Shown one piece after another: positions 52,753 to 64,000 of a stretch of 64,000 nt of DNA (position 1 is the first letter of the stretch; each line of letters opens with the position of its first letter). The position numbers and the translations under genes are program-made. This DNA comes from Octopus vulgaris (lineage: Eukaryota), in assembly GCA_951406725.2 (NCBI GenBank), contig OX597822.1:70432001-70496000 (forward strand). The letters are read 5' to 3'. A model generated the notes under the pieces. It was given only the letters and a program-made list of their open reading frames with translations, did not search any database and was not told where the DNA came from.

Positions 52753-54084
52753 TGATAATAATAATGAAAGGCATAGCCCTGGTGTGTTGTATGTAAATGT
52801 ATATTGACATTACTTAAGCATGCGTACATGAATGGACACTCATGTCCTGTATGGTTATAATGATAATGGTGGGCAGAAGGATATCGGTGTAGTCTGAATG
52901 ATTTATGGATTAAAGACAAAAGGTGTCAATAAGACTAGAGAGAGAGAGAGAGAGAGGGCGAATAAGTAGAAGTTAAACATTGGCCTAATAAAGGGCAGCT
53001 GGACTTAGGCGCATTCAGTTGGGAAGCTGGTGAAGGTAGGGTTCTTGGAAGAGAAATAGGAGCAGGGGATCTTTGATTGCAAGGTGAGTTGGTGTTGGAA
53101 AGTGGAAAGAGTGAAAGTGAAGGGAATGCTTAATGGCGGTGGTGGCGGCATTGGTGGTGGTGGTGGTATGAAAGCATTGGTGATGGTGTTTATCATAGTG
53201 GCGGGCAAAGATAACAGGGTGTGGGAGGGGGGTGGGTGGGTTGTGTGGAGCCAATGAAGCTGCATTGGTGGTGGTGGTTGTGATGGTGGTGTGGGCGGCG
53301 GCGGCAGGGTTGTAATGATGGTGTGAAGTTGTGATGTTGAGGTTGTGAGGTTAAGGATGTTTGTGATGATATGGTTTATTATGATGAGATTTTGGGTCGG
53401 TGGCGGGGGTGGGGGCTCACGATAACGACAATGCCCATCATCGGCATGACAATGATGACAAGGATGTTGATGATTGTGGTTGTGATGAGGGTTCTCTGCT
53501 GATGGGAATGATTGCACCAGATAATGATAGTGATGATTTACGATCGGCTTGTTGCTGCTGCTGCTGGTGGTGATGGTGAAGGTGGCTCTGATGATGTATT
53601 GTATGTGCCTGGCTCAAACCAAGGAGCTGGCTGAACATATATGGACTTTTTGTTAATAGTTTCTCTTTTTTTTCCTTTTTTTTTCATGGGAAGGGGGTGA
53701 TTTATTTTCTTTTATTTTTTTCTCACCCCACCCCACCCCCACTTTATTTATTCTCTCATCTCTTGAATTTCTGGTAGTTCAATCTCTGATGCTGGCATCA
53801 ACTGCTGCTGCTGCTGTTGCTGCAATGAGAGGAGACTGTCCCTGTTGATAATCGCTGACAGTAGCAGAAGTAAAACTACTCAACTTTGGTGACTCATTCC
53901 AAACTTCTTTCTGTGTCTCATTCTCTACCCCCACCACACCCCCAATCTCTGTCTTTCTCCTTGTATTTATCTATCTATCTATCTATCTGTCTTGCTTTCA
54001 ATATTTGTTCGAAAAGTGAAAAGGAAAAAAGAGAGGGAGAGGACAGGACTAAAGAGGTAGACAAAATGAAAATAGGTTAGTGAT

Positions 54085-54141
54085 ACATATGTATATATAT
54101 ATATGTGTATATATTAATATGTATATATATGTGTGTGTATG

Positions 54142-54173
<32 letters not shown>

Positions 54174-54533
54174 TACATACATATATATACACACACACAT
54201 ACATATATATACACACATATATACACATATTTGTAGCTAAATGTATATATATACACATACATATATGTATATATACATAATCTACACATTTTATATATAT
54301 GTATGTGTATATATATATATACATACACACGCAAATACATTTTATATATATATGTATGTAGGTATGTGTGTGTAGGTATATGCATATATGTAACTAAATA
54401 AATATATATATATATACACACACTCATGCATGCACACATACAAAGTGTGTCGGTATAAGTTTGTATATGTGTGTATGTGTTTGAATTTGCTGTGTGCGCA
54501 TAAAATATGGATATGTATGTATGTGTGCATTTA

Positions 54534-54569
<36 letters not shown>

Positions 54570-54580
54570 ATATATATCTA
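54085..54580. repeat. Compound (TA)/(CA)/(TG) microsatellite
   Basis: Seen directly. Confidence 0.95.
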
Positions 54581-57194
54581 TATGTATATGGTGCTATGCT
54601 ACACACTTGTATGCATGGTATGGTATGTAGAGTAAATGGTAACAAAGATGCTGGAGAGAAATGGACGAATAAGCTGGAGAATGGAAGCAAACAAACAAAC
54701 AAAGTGAAAGTAGCTAAAGAGAAAATTTGAGAAGGAAAGAGAGAGAGATGGGGAGGAAGAAAGTGTAACAGTGAAAGAGGGAGAGAGAGAGAAAGACTGA
54801 AATGACACAACAGTAAATTCTATAAATTTCAGTAAAATTGTGTCTGTTGTTGATATTTTATCCAATCCTAAAAGATTGTATGAAGTATAAAAGGAAGAAA
54901 TCTTTCCTGCATTCCTTTATATTGAAACTTTTTTTCTTTTTTTTAACTTTTATTTTGCCTTCTTTTTGAATTTAGTCTTCGTCAGTTTTCAGAAGGAAAA
55001 AAAAAAAAAGAATAGAAAGAGAAGTGAGTTATGATCTAGATGAGCATTGAAGGAGCAAATTTTTAGTTTTGAACTTACAAAAATGTGTCACAAATTTTAC
55101 AACTTGTTCTTTCTTTTGTACTTTTATCAGATATTTTTGTACCAGTTAAGCGAAATAGTTCATTAAAACTCTTCTATGCAGCGTCTCTTACTTGGTATTA
55201 TCATCTGTCTGTCTGTCTGTCTCTCACACATACACACACATTCATGCAATTTTTAGAAATATACAATCATGCATTTCACTAGTATTGTATACTCTCTCTC
55301 TCTCTCTTATGCATACACATACAACACGTGCAAAAATACACATACGCAGAAATGCATCCAGATGTATATGCATTTTATATGTTCAAATAAATGCTTGCAC
55401 GTACATGTTCACACATGAGTGCACGCCCCCCTCTTACTCACACATGCACACACACACACACACACACAATCTCTCTTTCACGCTCATTCTCTCACTTTCT
55501 CTTTCAGATACATACACTCTCTCTCATACACACACACACACACACTCTCTCTCTCCCCCCTCTCTCTCTGACACAGTATCATTATTCTCTTTTCTCTCTG
55601 TCTCACACTAATACACATACAACCTCTCACCTCCCACCTTAGCTTTGTTTTGGGAACACACACACACACAGATACACACACACACGTGCACGCATTACCA
55701 TTCTTATATTTACCTCCTTCACCCAGAAATACTCAAGTCATTCATTCAATGTTGTCAAGTTCATCAAACTTTGTTAGAACAAAGCTTGCATATTGGAGAA
55801 GTTGGGTAGGGGTCCCCCCCCACCCAAAGCAAGCTGAATGACTGTGATAGCGATATGGGGGTGAGATGGGGAGTGAGTAATGTCAGTGCCTGTGGTGGTG
55901 GTGGTGGTGGAGGCGTTGGTGGGTTTGGTGGTGGTAGTGGTGTTGAGCGCTTAGTGGAGGAATGTCCTGCCTTTTGAACAACTGACTGTTGCCATTGACG
56001 TGCACACCGCCATGCCGCCACCGTGTCCATGACGCCGTGGTGCTCCGTCTTTTGCTTGAGGACAGTGGTTGCCACTGTTCCAATTCCCTGACCACTGCAG
56101 CCAAAGTGTGCAAGGTCATCAATGCCCACGGGAAGGGTGGGCGAGTGTTGGTGTCAGAAAGTAAAGCATGCAAAGCCCCCTGTAGGTTGATCCGAGCCAA
56201 TGTCTCATCATTTCATACTGTGACACACCCTCCTTCTTTCTATCCTTTCTTCTCTCTCTCTCTCTCTCTCTACCTATCTGTCCCTCTTTCTCTCCTACTC
56301 TCTTGCTCTCTCTCTCTCTATTTTCCCCTCAACAGTGATAAGGGACCAGTTTTGTAGAACTTGGTAAGGCATCAGTGTTATTCACTCTCTTTCTCTCTCC
56401 CTCTTTCCCTATCCCCCTTTCTCTTCGTCCCCTCTCTCTCCCTCTTTCCCGATCCCCTCTCTCTCCTCGTCCACTCTCTCTCTCTCGCTCCCCCTCTCTC
56501 TTGCACACATTCTCTTTTAACTCATTGAACACCCCCTCCTTGCTGTCTCATTGTTTTCTCTCTTCTAGCTGTCCTTTGCTTTCTCTTCTATTTCTCTCTC
56601 TCTATCTCTCTCATGTGTGCAGGCACGTCCACTCACACACACACACATAGGGTCCCTGCTTTGTTCCTTGGACCTTTCTTGCTCCTCCCCCTCTCCTCTT
56701 TTTGTCATCTCTCTCTTGGTTGTGGGAGGTGGGGGGTCATTTGACTAAGTGGCTACCCCCCTCTTCCTCCATCTATCCCCACCACACACCTTTCCGTCAT
56801 GCATACATGCATACATACACATATTTCTGTTCCTTTGACTGTCTCTCCCCACCCCCTCACCTCCAAACTCCTTCTCCCTGGTTGACTGACTTTGTTACTT
56901 TCTTTCTCTATGTGTCTATTTATCTACCCCCTCATCCTCATCTGCCCCCTCCCCTCGTCCGAACACCTCCCACCCTCACCCTCCATCATTTACTCAGTGC
57001 TTCTTTCCTTGTTGTTTTTGTTTGTTGTTTTTTCTCCTCCCCCTTGTTTCTCTTTCCTTTTTAGTCACAGTTTATGAAATGAAATTCCACAACACCACTG
57101 CCACTGTTAAGAGCTTCACCCATCACCACTTCAGCTACTACTACTACTACTACTACTGCTACTGCTGCTACTTCTGCTACCACTAGTTCTACCT

Positions 57195-57316
57195 CCACCA
57201 CCACCAACTTCACCACTACCACCTTCACCACCACCACCTTCACCACTACCACCTTCACCACTACCACCTTCATCACCACCACCTTCACCACCACCACCAC
57301 CTTCACCACTACCATC
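57195..57316. repeat. 15-bp minisatellite (accttcaccaccacc) derived from (CAC)n
   Basis: About 7 tandem units; gives the VVVVK repeat ORF. Confidence 0.85.
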
Positions 57317-58131
57317 TACACCAGTAAAAAAACAGCATATAAATCTTTTCTTTTTTTTTAAATTTCTTTTTCATTTTTAACAAAACTAATTATGCTTAAA
57401 CTTTGCATAAAATGCATTATTAAATAGAATTAATATGACGATAGTATAGATGGTGATGATGATGATGCTGGTAGTAATGATGGTGATGCTGATCATGATG
57501 ATGGCTGTTGCAGTGGTGGCAGGGGCGGAGGTGGGGGGTGGAAACGAATGGTGATGGCATTGTTGGCGGTGGGCATGAGTGGATGACTAAATATAAATTT
57601 GTATTGATTTTTAATTTTCTGCAGTTTCTAGTTACGTTACTGATGGGAATATATGGTCTCTGAGTGATTTCTCCACCTCTCCCGCCACCACCTCCTTTCA
57701 GTAGGAAATACTAGCAACAACAAAAACCATAACTATAACAACAGCAGCAACAACAACAACAAAATAATACTGACATGAATTCTTTGGCTCTTCAACCTAC
57801 TTTTACTTGGGTTTGAAACCTCGTGAGTAAGCCACATGTCATCAGCCTCTTATAGTTTTCTCTGTTTAAGCTCTTGCGTTGGCTTCAGCCCTTGGTGTTC
57901 TGATATGATAGTTTTATCAGAATTACAAATTCGATTGTTTATTTTTTTTATATCTTTTGATCTAGGTTTTTTTTTTCCTTTTCCTACACAACCACAAAGC
58001 TATGGAATTTGAAAACAAATGTAGTTTTAGTAGTAGTAGTGGTGGTGGTGATGGTGGTGGCTGTAGAAGTATTTGGAGTAACAGTAGTATTTGCGGTGGC
58101 AGCGGTCAAAGGTTGTATTATTAGTAATTAA

Positions 58132-58582
58132 AAAGGTGGCGAGCTGGCAGAATCGTTAGTACACGGGGCAAAATGCTTAGCCACATTTTGTTCGTCTTCA
58201 CATGTCGAGTTCAAATACTGCTGAGGTTGACTTTGCCTTTCATCCTTTCGGGATCGATAAATTTAGTACCAGTGAAACACTAGGGGTCAATGTAATCTAC
58301 TAGTCCCCTCCCCGCAAATTCCAGGCCTTGTGCCTTTAGTAGAGAGGATCATCATCATCATCATTAAGGTGGCAGAATCTTCTGCATGCTGGGCAAAATG
58401 CTTAACAGCATTTCCTCTGCCTTTACATTCTGAGTTCAAATTCCACCAAGGTCGACTTTGCTTTTCATTCTTTCGGGGTCGATAAATCAATCACCATTGA
58501 AACATTGGGGGGGGGGGGTCGATGTAATCAACTAGCTCCCGCTCGCCCCATATTTCAGACCTTGTGCCTTTAGTAGAGAGGA
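58132..58582 (+). mobile_element. Two tandem SINE family B copies
   Basis: Each ends ccttgtgcctttagtagagagga. Confidence 0.85.
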
Positions 58583-59052
58583 CTTTTAGTAATTCCCTTC
58601 TTACAAATAGCAATTCTGATTTTGAAGATTGTTGTTGTTGTTGATGTTGCTCGGTCCAAGATTAGCCCTCGTTAAACAAAGCTACTTATAATCAAAGGCA
58701 TTCCAGGCCCTTTGTTATTCAGATCACTCTGTCAAATGTAATGCTTATTTATTCATTCTGTTTGGAATTAATTGTGCTTTATCTCATAGCTTTGAGATTT
58801 CGAAGATGTGATCGCTTTATTTTCAGAATGATATTGTAGGGTAGGTGTAAGATCTGGTCAGTTTTAACATAAAACAGGTAGAATATTTCAGCCAGATGAA
58901 AATATTTACTGATTCACAACTATATTACAATGATTTTTATTTTAAAACTTTTGACCAACAAACACACATTTTGAGTTTGATTGTAGTCAACTGAATCTGA
59001 GCCCCAACTAATGATGATGATGATAATAATAATAATAATAATAATAATAATA

Positions 59053-59245
59053 GGAGATTAGCAAAATCCTCTGGGATTTCCCAATCCAAACAGATCAGGT
59101 GCTAGAGCATAACAGACCAGACCTAGTGGTGGTCGACAAGGTGCACCACATATGCTATATAGTTGATGTTGCATGCCCCTTTGAGTCAAGAAGGAAGGCT
59201 AAAAGATAGATAGATACAACCTTCTTAAGTACAAAATAGTCTGGC
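59053..59245 (+). mobile_element. R4/Dong-like LINE endonuclease fragment in a (TAA)n tract
   Basis: KILWDFPIQTDQVLEHNRPDLVVVDKVHHICYIVDVACPFE (PD..D motif), directly after (TAA)n. Confidence 0.85.
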
Positions 59246-59827
59246 CAAACATCCCTGAAAGTTTCATTCAAATCCATCCAGTGGTTCTTGAGATATCTTG
59301 TCCACAGACTGAAAACAATACCTCTGCCTTCGCTAACGTGGAGGTAATAATACCATTAGCAGCAGCAGCAACAACAACAATAACCAGAATAATACAGTAT
59401 CAAAAAGTATTGAGAGGAATATGAAGAAAATAGAAAATAGCAATAGGGTGCTCAGTAGAACTGTTACAAGAAGTTTGCCTCTTTGGAATGGTCAGAATCA
59501 TCAGAACAACATAAGATAGTTGAAGAGAACAAATAATATGGTATTGTAAGCTGCAGGTAGCATGCCTGCCACTCATGCATGACTCCAGGTGTTCCCACAA
59601 AACTGGAGTTATAAGAATAATAATAAGAATATCAAGGGGATGTCAGTTGGTAGAATCAGTAGGGCATTGGAAAACGTGCTTTCTAGTATTTCTTCTGATT
59701 CTGCATTCTGAGTTCAAATCCAGCTGAGATCGACTTTGCCGTTTATCCTTTAGGAAAGTGGAAGTGAATTACTTGGGTTGATGGTACCATCTACACTGGC
59801 CCCAAATCTCCGGGCTACAAACAATTA

Positions 59828-60032
59828 TTCTTTTATTCGTTTACTTGTTTCACTCATTTGACTGTGGCTATACTGGAGCACCACCTTTAGTCGAACAAAT
59901 CAACACCAGAACTTATTCTTTGTAAGCCTAGTACTTATTCTGTCAGTCCCTTTTGTCGAACCACTAAGTTACAGAGGACATAAACACACCAACATTAGTT
60001 GTCAAGCAATGATGGGTGGGTGGGGGGGGCAA

Positions 60033-60063
<31 letters not shown>

Positions 60064-60227
60064 TATATACAAATATATATTTCTGTCTACCAAATTTACT
60101 CACAAAGCTTTGGTTGGTCCAAGGCTATAGTAGAAGACACTTGTCCAAGGTGCCACGCAATGGAGCTGAACTCGGGAACCATGTGGTTGGTAAGCAAGCT
60201 TCTTACCCAACAGCCATGCTTGCACCT
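59828..60227 (-). mobile_element. SINE family A
   Basis: Full-length reverse copy. Confidence 0.9.
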
Positions 60228-60685
60228 ATTATTGCTATTTTATAGTTTTTATTACTAATAATGCTTTTTATCTGCTGCATGAGGCTAAATATTATTTTGA
60301 AGGATTATATCAATCCCAGTAGTTACAGTTTTATCAACCTGTGAAGGATGAAGGGCGAAGTTGACCCAAACAGGAGTTGAACTCCTGGCATAAAGGACCA
60401 TAACTAAATACTGCAAGGTATTTTGCTAACACTCTATTCAGCCAAACAAAACCTCAAATTTATGGAAAGTGATATACTGTGTTTTAACAAGTATATAAAG
60501 AACACATTTTTGTCAAAAATTATGTTAAAAAATATGGGAGTCTCTTATACATGAACAGTATTATAATCCTTTACAAAACTTTTTTCCAAATTTTAAGTCC
60601 CCAAAATTAGGGGGTTCCTTATGCATGAGGCTTCCTTATACATGTCAAAATATGGGAGTTACTTGAATTGATATGAAAATATTAC

Positions 60686-60836
60686 TGGTATTTTACAGAT
60701 AAGAAAATAAATTTCGAATGAAAACAAGAGAAGAAATGGATATTTTACCCTTATAAAACGGGAAAATGCCCACTCTTTCTGCTGTTTTCACAGCTATACT
60801 GTGTTTGAAAGTCACTTTCTTATCTGTAAAATACCA
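60686..60836. mobile_element. Small fold-back element
   Basis: tggtattttacagataagaaa / tttcttatctgtaaaatacca perfect 21-bp inverted repeat, plus imperfect inner arms. Confidence 0.7.
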
Positions 60837-62777
60837 AACACATTTGACTCTTTCAAAGTTTGTTCGTAAAATGTTGCTACATTACTGGTATGTAAATACT
60901 AGTAATGCCTGGAATTTGAACACACAATGTAAAGGTTCAGAACAAAATATTTGTAAAACATTTAGAGTCTGGGAAATACCATTTCTGCCAATATTTTCTG
61001 TCTTCTTTTTCTTTTTTTGTTTATTTATTATTATTTTCTTTTGTCACTTGGCAGATTGTCCAGGATTTTGGTGTTATTTTTAATGTATTTCACAAATTCA
61101 TTTGATTTGATCAAGTTTTGTTACTGGTAGATATTCTAACACCTTTGAGGTGATGGGTGATTTAAAAAGAAGGCGGGTAGGAATAAAAAAAAAAACGTTA
61201 ACCTTGACATTTGATCAAAAAAGTGAAAAAAATTACCTCAAACAATGAGGCATTCATTCTACTGTAAATCATTGAGCTGGTATTTTTTTTCTTTCTCAGC
61301 ACCACTAAACCTTCTCCATCTTAAAGAGTAATAACAGAATGTTAACAGCAACAACAACAATAATAATAATGACCATGATGCTGGTGATAATAATAATCAG
61401 AATGTTAGGATGAAAAAAAAAGTTGCTTAGATAAATCTCCTATACACACACACACACACACACACTACCATTACTGTCACTGGTACTATTGAGTTTTATT
61501 GAAACACAATAGTTTCCGATTGTTTTATTATTATTATTGTTGTTGTTGTTGTACTGTAGATATTTTTTTCCACAGTAAATCAAGTTTGTTATTGTCTCCT
61601 CCTGTTTTTTTTTCTTCTCGTTTTTTTTCTTTTCTTTCATTTTGGTTCTTGTGTTGTTATCTTTAACACTAGCTTAGCAACATATTTTTTTTTTTCATCA
61701 TTCATTGATGTCGTCTTTGTTTTCTCCCCCACTATTTTCTTCATAGTTTTTTTTTTTTTTTTGCTTTTTCCTTTTTTTTCTCGTTTTGTGTTTGATTTTA
61801 ACCTAAGAATGTATGTGAAATTCCTTCCTGCTTTTGAACTGTTATGAATAAATTAAAAAGTGGAGCCATCCAATATGGAAATATCTTATTCTTATAAGAC
61901 ACTAAAGATAGAGAGAGTGTAGGTGGTTGGGTCCGAGGTGGGTTCCGGTTGGTAGCCGTCTTGGTGCATCTCAACATTTTTACCAACATTCTATATCTCT
62001 TGACACTTCTCTACATTTCTGTTGACATTTTTCAACAACAGTATCATCGAAAATCCTTGTGTATGATTACATCTCAGTGACACGATACTAGGTTTCTGCA
62101 GCAACAACTTCAAGTAGGGGATCTTTACCTATCTTGATCTATAACTTCGTATTAAAGTCAAACAGTTGTTTGAATTGTCTCTTCTTGTGTGATTGTGCAT
62201 CATTATCTCCTCCTGCACGTATGTTTGCGTGTGCATATGTCTGTGTCTTTATCCAAATATATACAAGGATGTAGACACACACACATATACGAATACATGC
62301 TTGTACACATACTCACAAACCTGCGCATGCACACACACACACACACACGCACAGAAATACTGCATCGGAAGCATCCATAGCGTGTTGATCATCTGGTTGG
62401 GTTGATTACAGACCCTGGATTAACAACAAAGTATTTGATCAGTAAACGTAAGCAGGAGATTGGGAAACTCAACAGCAGCTGTCTCACAATAGCTTGTTCT
62501 AATGCTCCCAGTGTGTGCACGTGTGTCCAGAGTGTTTGTCTACACATTAAAAGGTGGCATCAATTTGGTTTAATGTGCTAAACAGTGCTCCTTGAAATTT
62601 AATTGTTTGGTTTAACAGCCTGTTCTTCCATATTGTATGGTTTGGTTGAGTATCCTGTAATAATATTACACTGTAACAAAAAAGGATCAGTATAAAGTGA
62701 AACAGAGCAGTGTCATGTACATTGTAGTTTTCAGGGGTGTGTTTGTGTTTATATAAAAAAAATATATATTTATATGT

Positions 62778-63203
62778 GTAGGAGTGGCTGTGTGGTAAGT
62801 AGTTTGCTAACGAACCACATGGTTCCTGGTTCAGTCCCACTGCGTGGCACCTTGGACAAGTGTCTTCTATAGCCTCGGGCTGACGAAAGCCTTGTAAGTG
62901 GATTTGGTAGACGGAAACTAAAAGAAGCCCGTCGTATATGTATGTATATATAATATATATATATGTATGTGTGTGTGTATATGTTTGTGTGTCTGTGTTT
63001 GTCCCCCCAACATTGCTTGACAACCGATGCTGGTGTGTTTACATCCCCGTAACTTAGCAGTTCAGCAAAAGAGACCAATAGAATAAGTACTAGGCTTACA
63101 AAGAATAAGTCCTGGGTTCAATTTGCTTGACTAAAGGTGGTGCTCCAGCATGGCCACAGTCAAATGACTGAAACAAGTAAAAGAGTTAAAAGAGAGTAAG
63201 AGT
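62778..63203 (+). mobile_element. SINE family A
   Basis: Full-length copy. Confidence 0.9.
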
Positions 63204-63671
63204 ATATGTATATATATAGGGATGTGGGTTCGACTCCCACGCAGATAGGAAAGCCTTCTTTTTTCTATCGAGGGCTTATATGCCCCTTTATTAGACTATT
63301 TTCCTTAGTCGTTGCATGGTGATCGCCATAAGCTTTAAGCTTATATAAAAATACCATGACGTGATCACTTCATGTGAGCGACCAGGCTCTCAGATGTGGT
63401 TACACATTGCTGGTCACAATGCACTTTTTGTATCATTTTAGCCTTCAAATGATGCAACCCCACTGGCTAGGTGAGCAGCCCAACAATCCCCTCCAGATCA
63501 AAGGGGTGACTGGAGCAATGTGAAATGAAGTGTTTTGTTCAAGAACACAACGCACTGCCTTGTCAGGAAATTGAACCCAAGATCTTGTGGTTGTGAGTGC
63601 ACAGCCTATAAACTAGGCCATACTCCTTCACTGAAACAAGAGATAAAGTACATAGTTATATATTCTTAAGT

Positions 63672-63975
63672 TAGTAAAGTTTATTTGCCAACAGAATGTG
63701 GCACTCTTATACAAGGACGATGTTACTATTGTTTAGCCCCAGGAAAAATCTTTTCCAATTGGCTATCAACACACTGCATCTATAGTATAAGCAAGGGAGG
63801 TCATCGCTCCCATCTCCAGCCCTCGTGATACTCACGGACCTTGATTTCTGAGTTGTTTCCCATCCTCAGTGCATGACAATCACAGGCTAGGGAAAAATTT
63901 TTTCCTGGGGTTATACAACAGTATCATCGTCCTTGTATAGGACTGCCACATTCTGTTGGCAAATAAACTTTCCTA
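63672..63975. mobile_element. Fold-back MITE related to 15808-16141
   Basis: aaagtttatttgccaacagaatgtggca...tgccacattctgttggcaaataaacttt; inverted arms of about 80 bp. Confidence 0.85.
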
Positions 63976-64000
63976 TTCGGTACTGTTACTGCATATCTCT

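Noticed and set aside
53005-53638. Minus-strand Pro/His/Gln-rich ORFs (170 aa and 66 aa)
   Set aside because: Built from (GGT/GAT/GCT)n low-complexity sequence with no recognisable domain or splice support; cannot be fully excluded.
56153-56212. Possible C/D box snoRNA on the minus strand (ATGATGA...CTGA)
   Set aside because: No terminal stem adjacent to box C, no recognisable rRNA guide, and antisense to the putative host gene.
63225-63245. tRNA T-arm-like gtgggttcgactcccac
   Set aside because: No D arm, anticodon arm or acceptor stem; probably a SINE head fragment.

Overview
AT-rich eukaryotic DNA packed with microsatellites and repeats. The tRNA-derived SINE families, TTAA-flanked MITEs and (TA)n/(CA)n/(ATT)n density point to an octopus (coleoid cephalopod) genome; this is an inference from repeat content. 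Nearly all supplied ORFs are microsatellite or SINE artefacts. The window looks like the long-intron region of one + strand gene. I find one credible coding exon (32703-32821/32827), candidate frame-preserving microexons (15 nt at 11608, 9 nt at 31091 with downstream TGCATG sites; weaker ones at 7368 and 22202) and a probable non-coding exon (9057-9305). Other contents are a decayed histone H2A pseudogene, R4/Dong and RTE LINE relics, hAT/piggyBac/MULE-type non-autonomous elements, fold-back MITEs, an apparently perfect 238-bp inverted duplication, a ~0.5-kb tandem duplication and a degenerate hammerhead-like motif. The leading hypothesis is that an ATG in strong context is assembled only when two microexons 19.5 kb apart are spliced together. 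All exon calls come from splice signals read by eye and need RNA-seq confirmation. Repeat boundaries are approximate.
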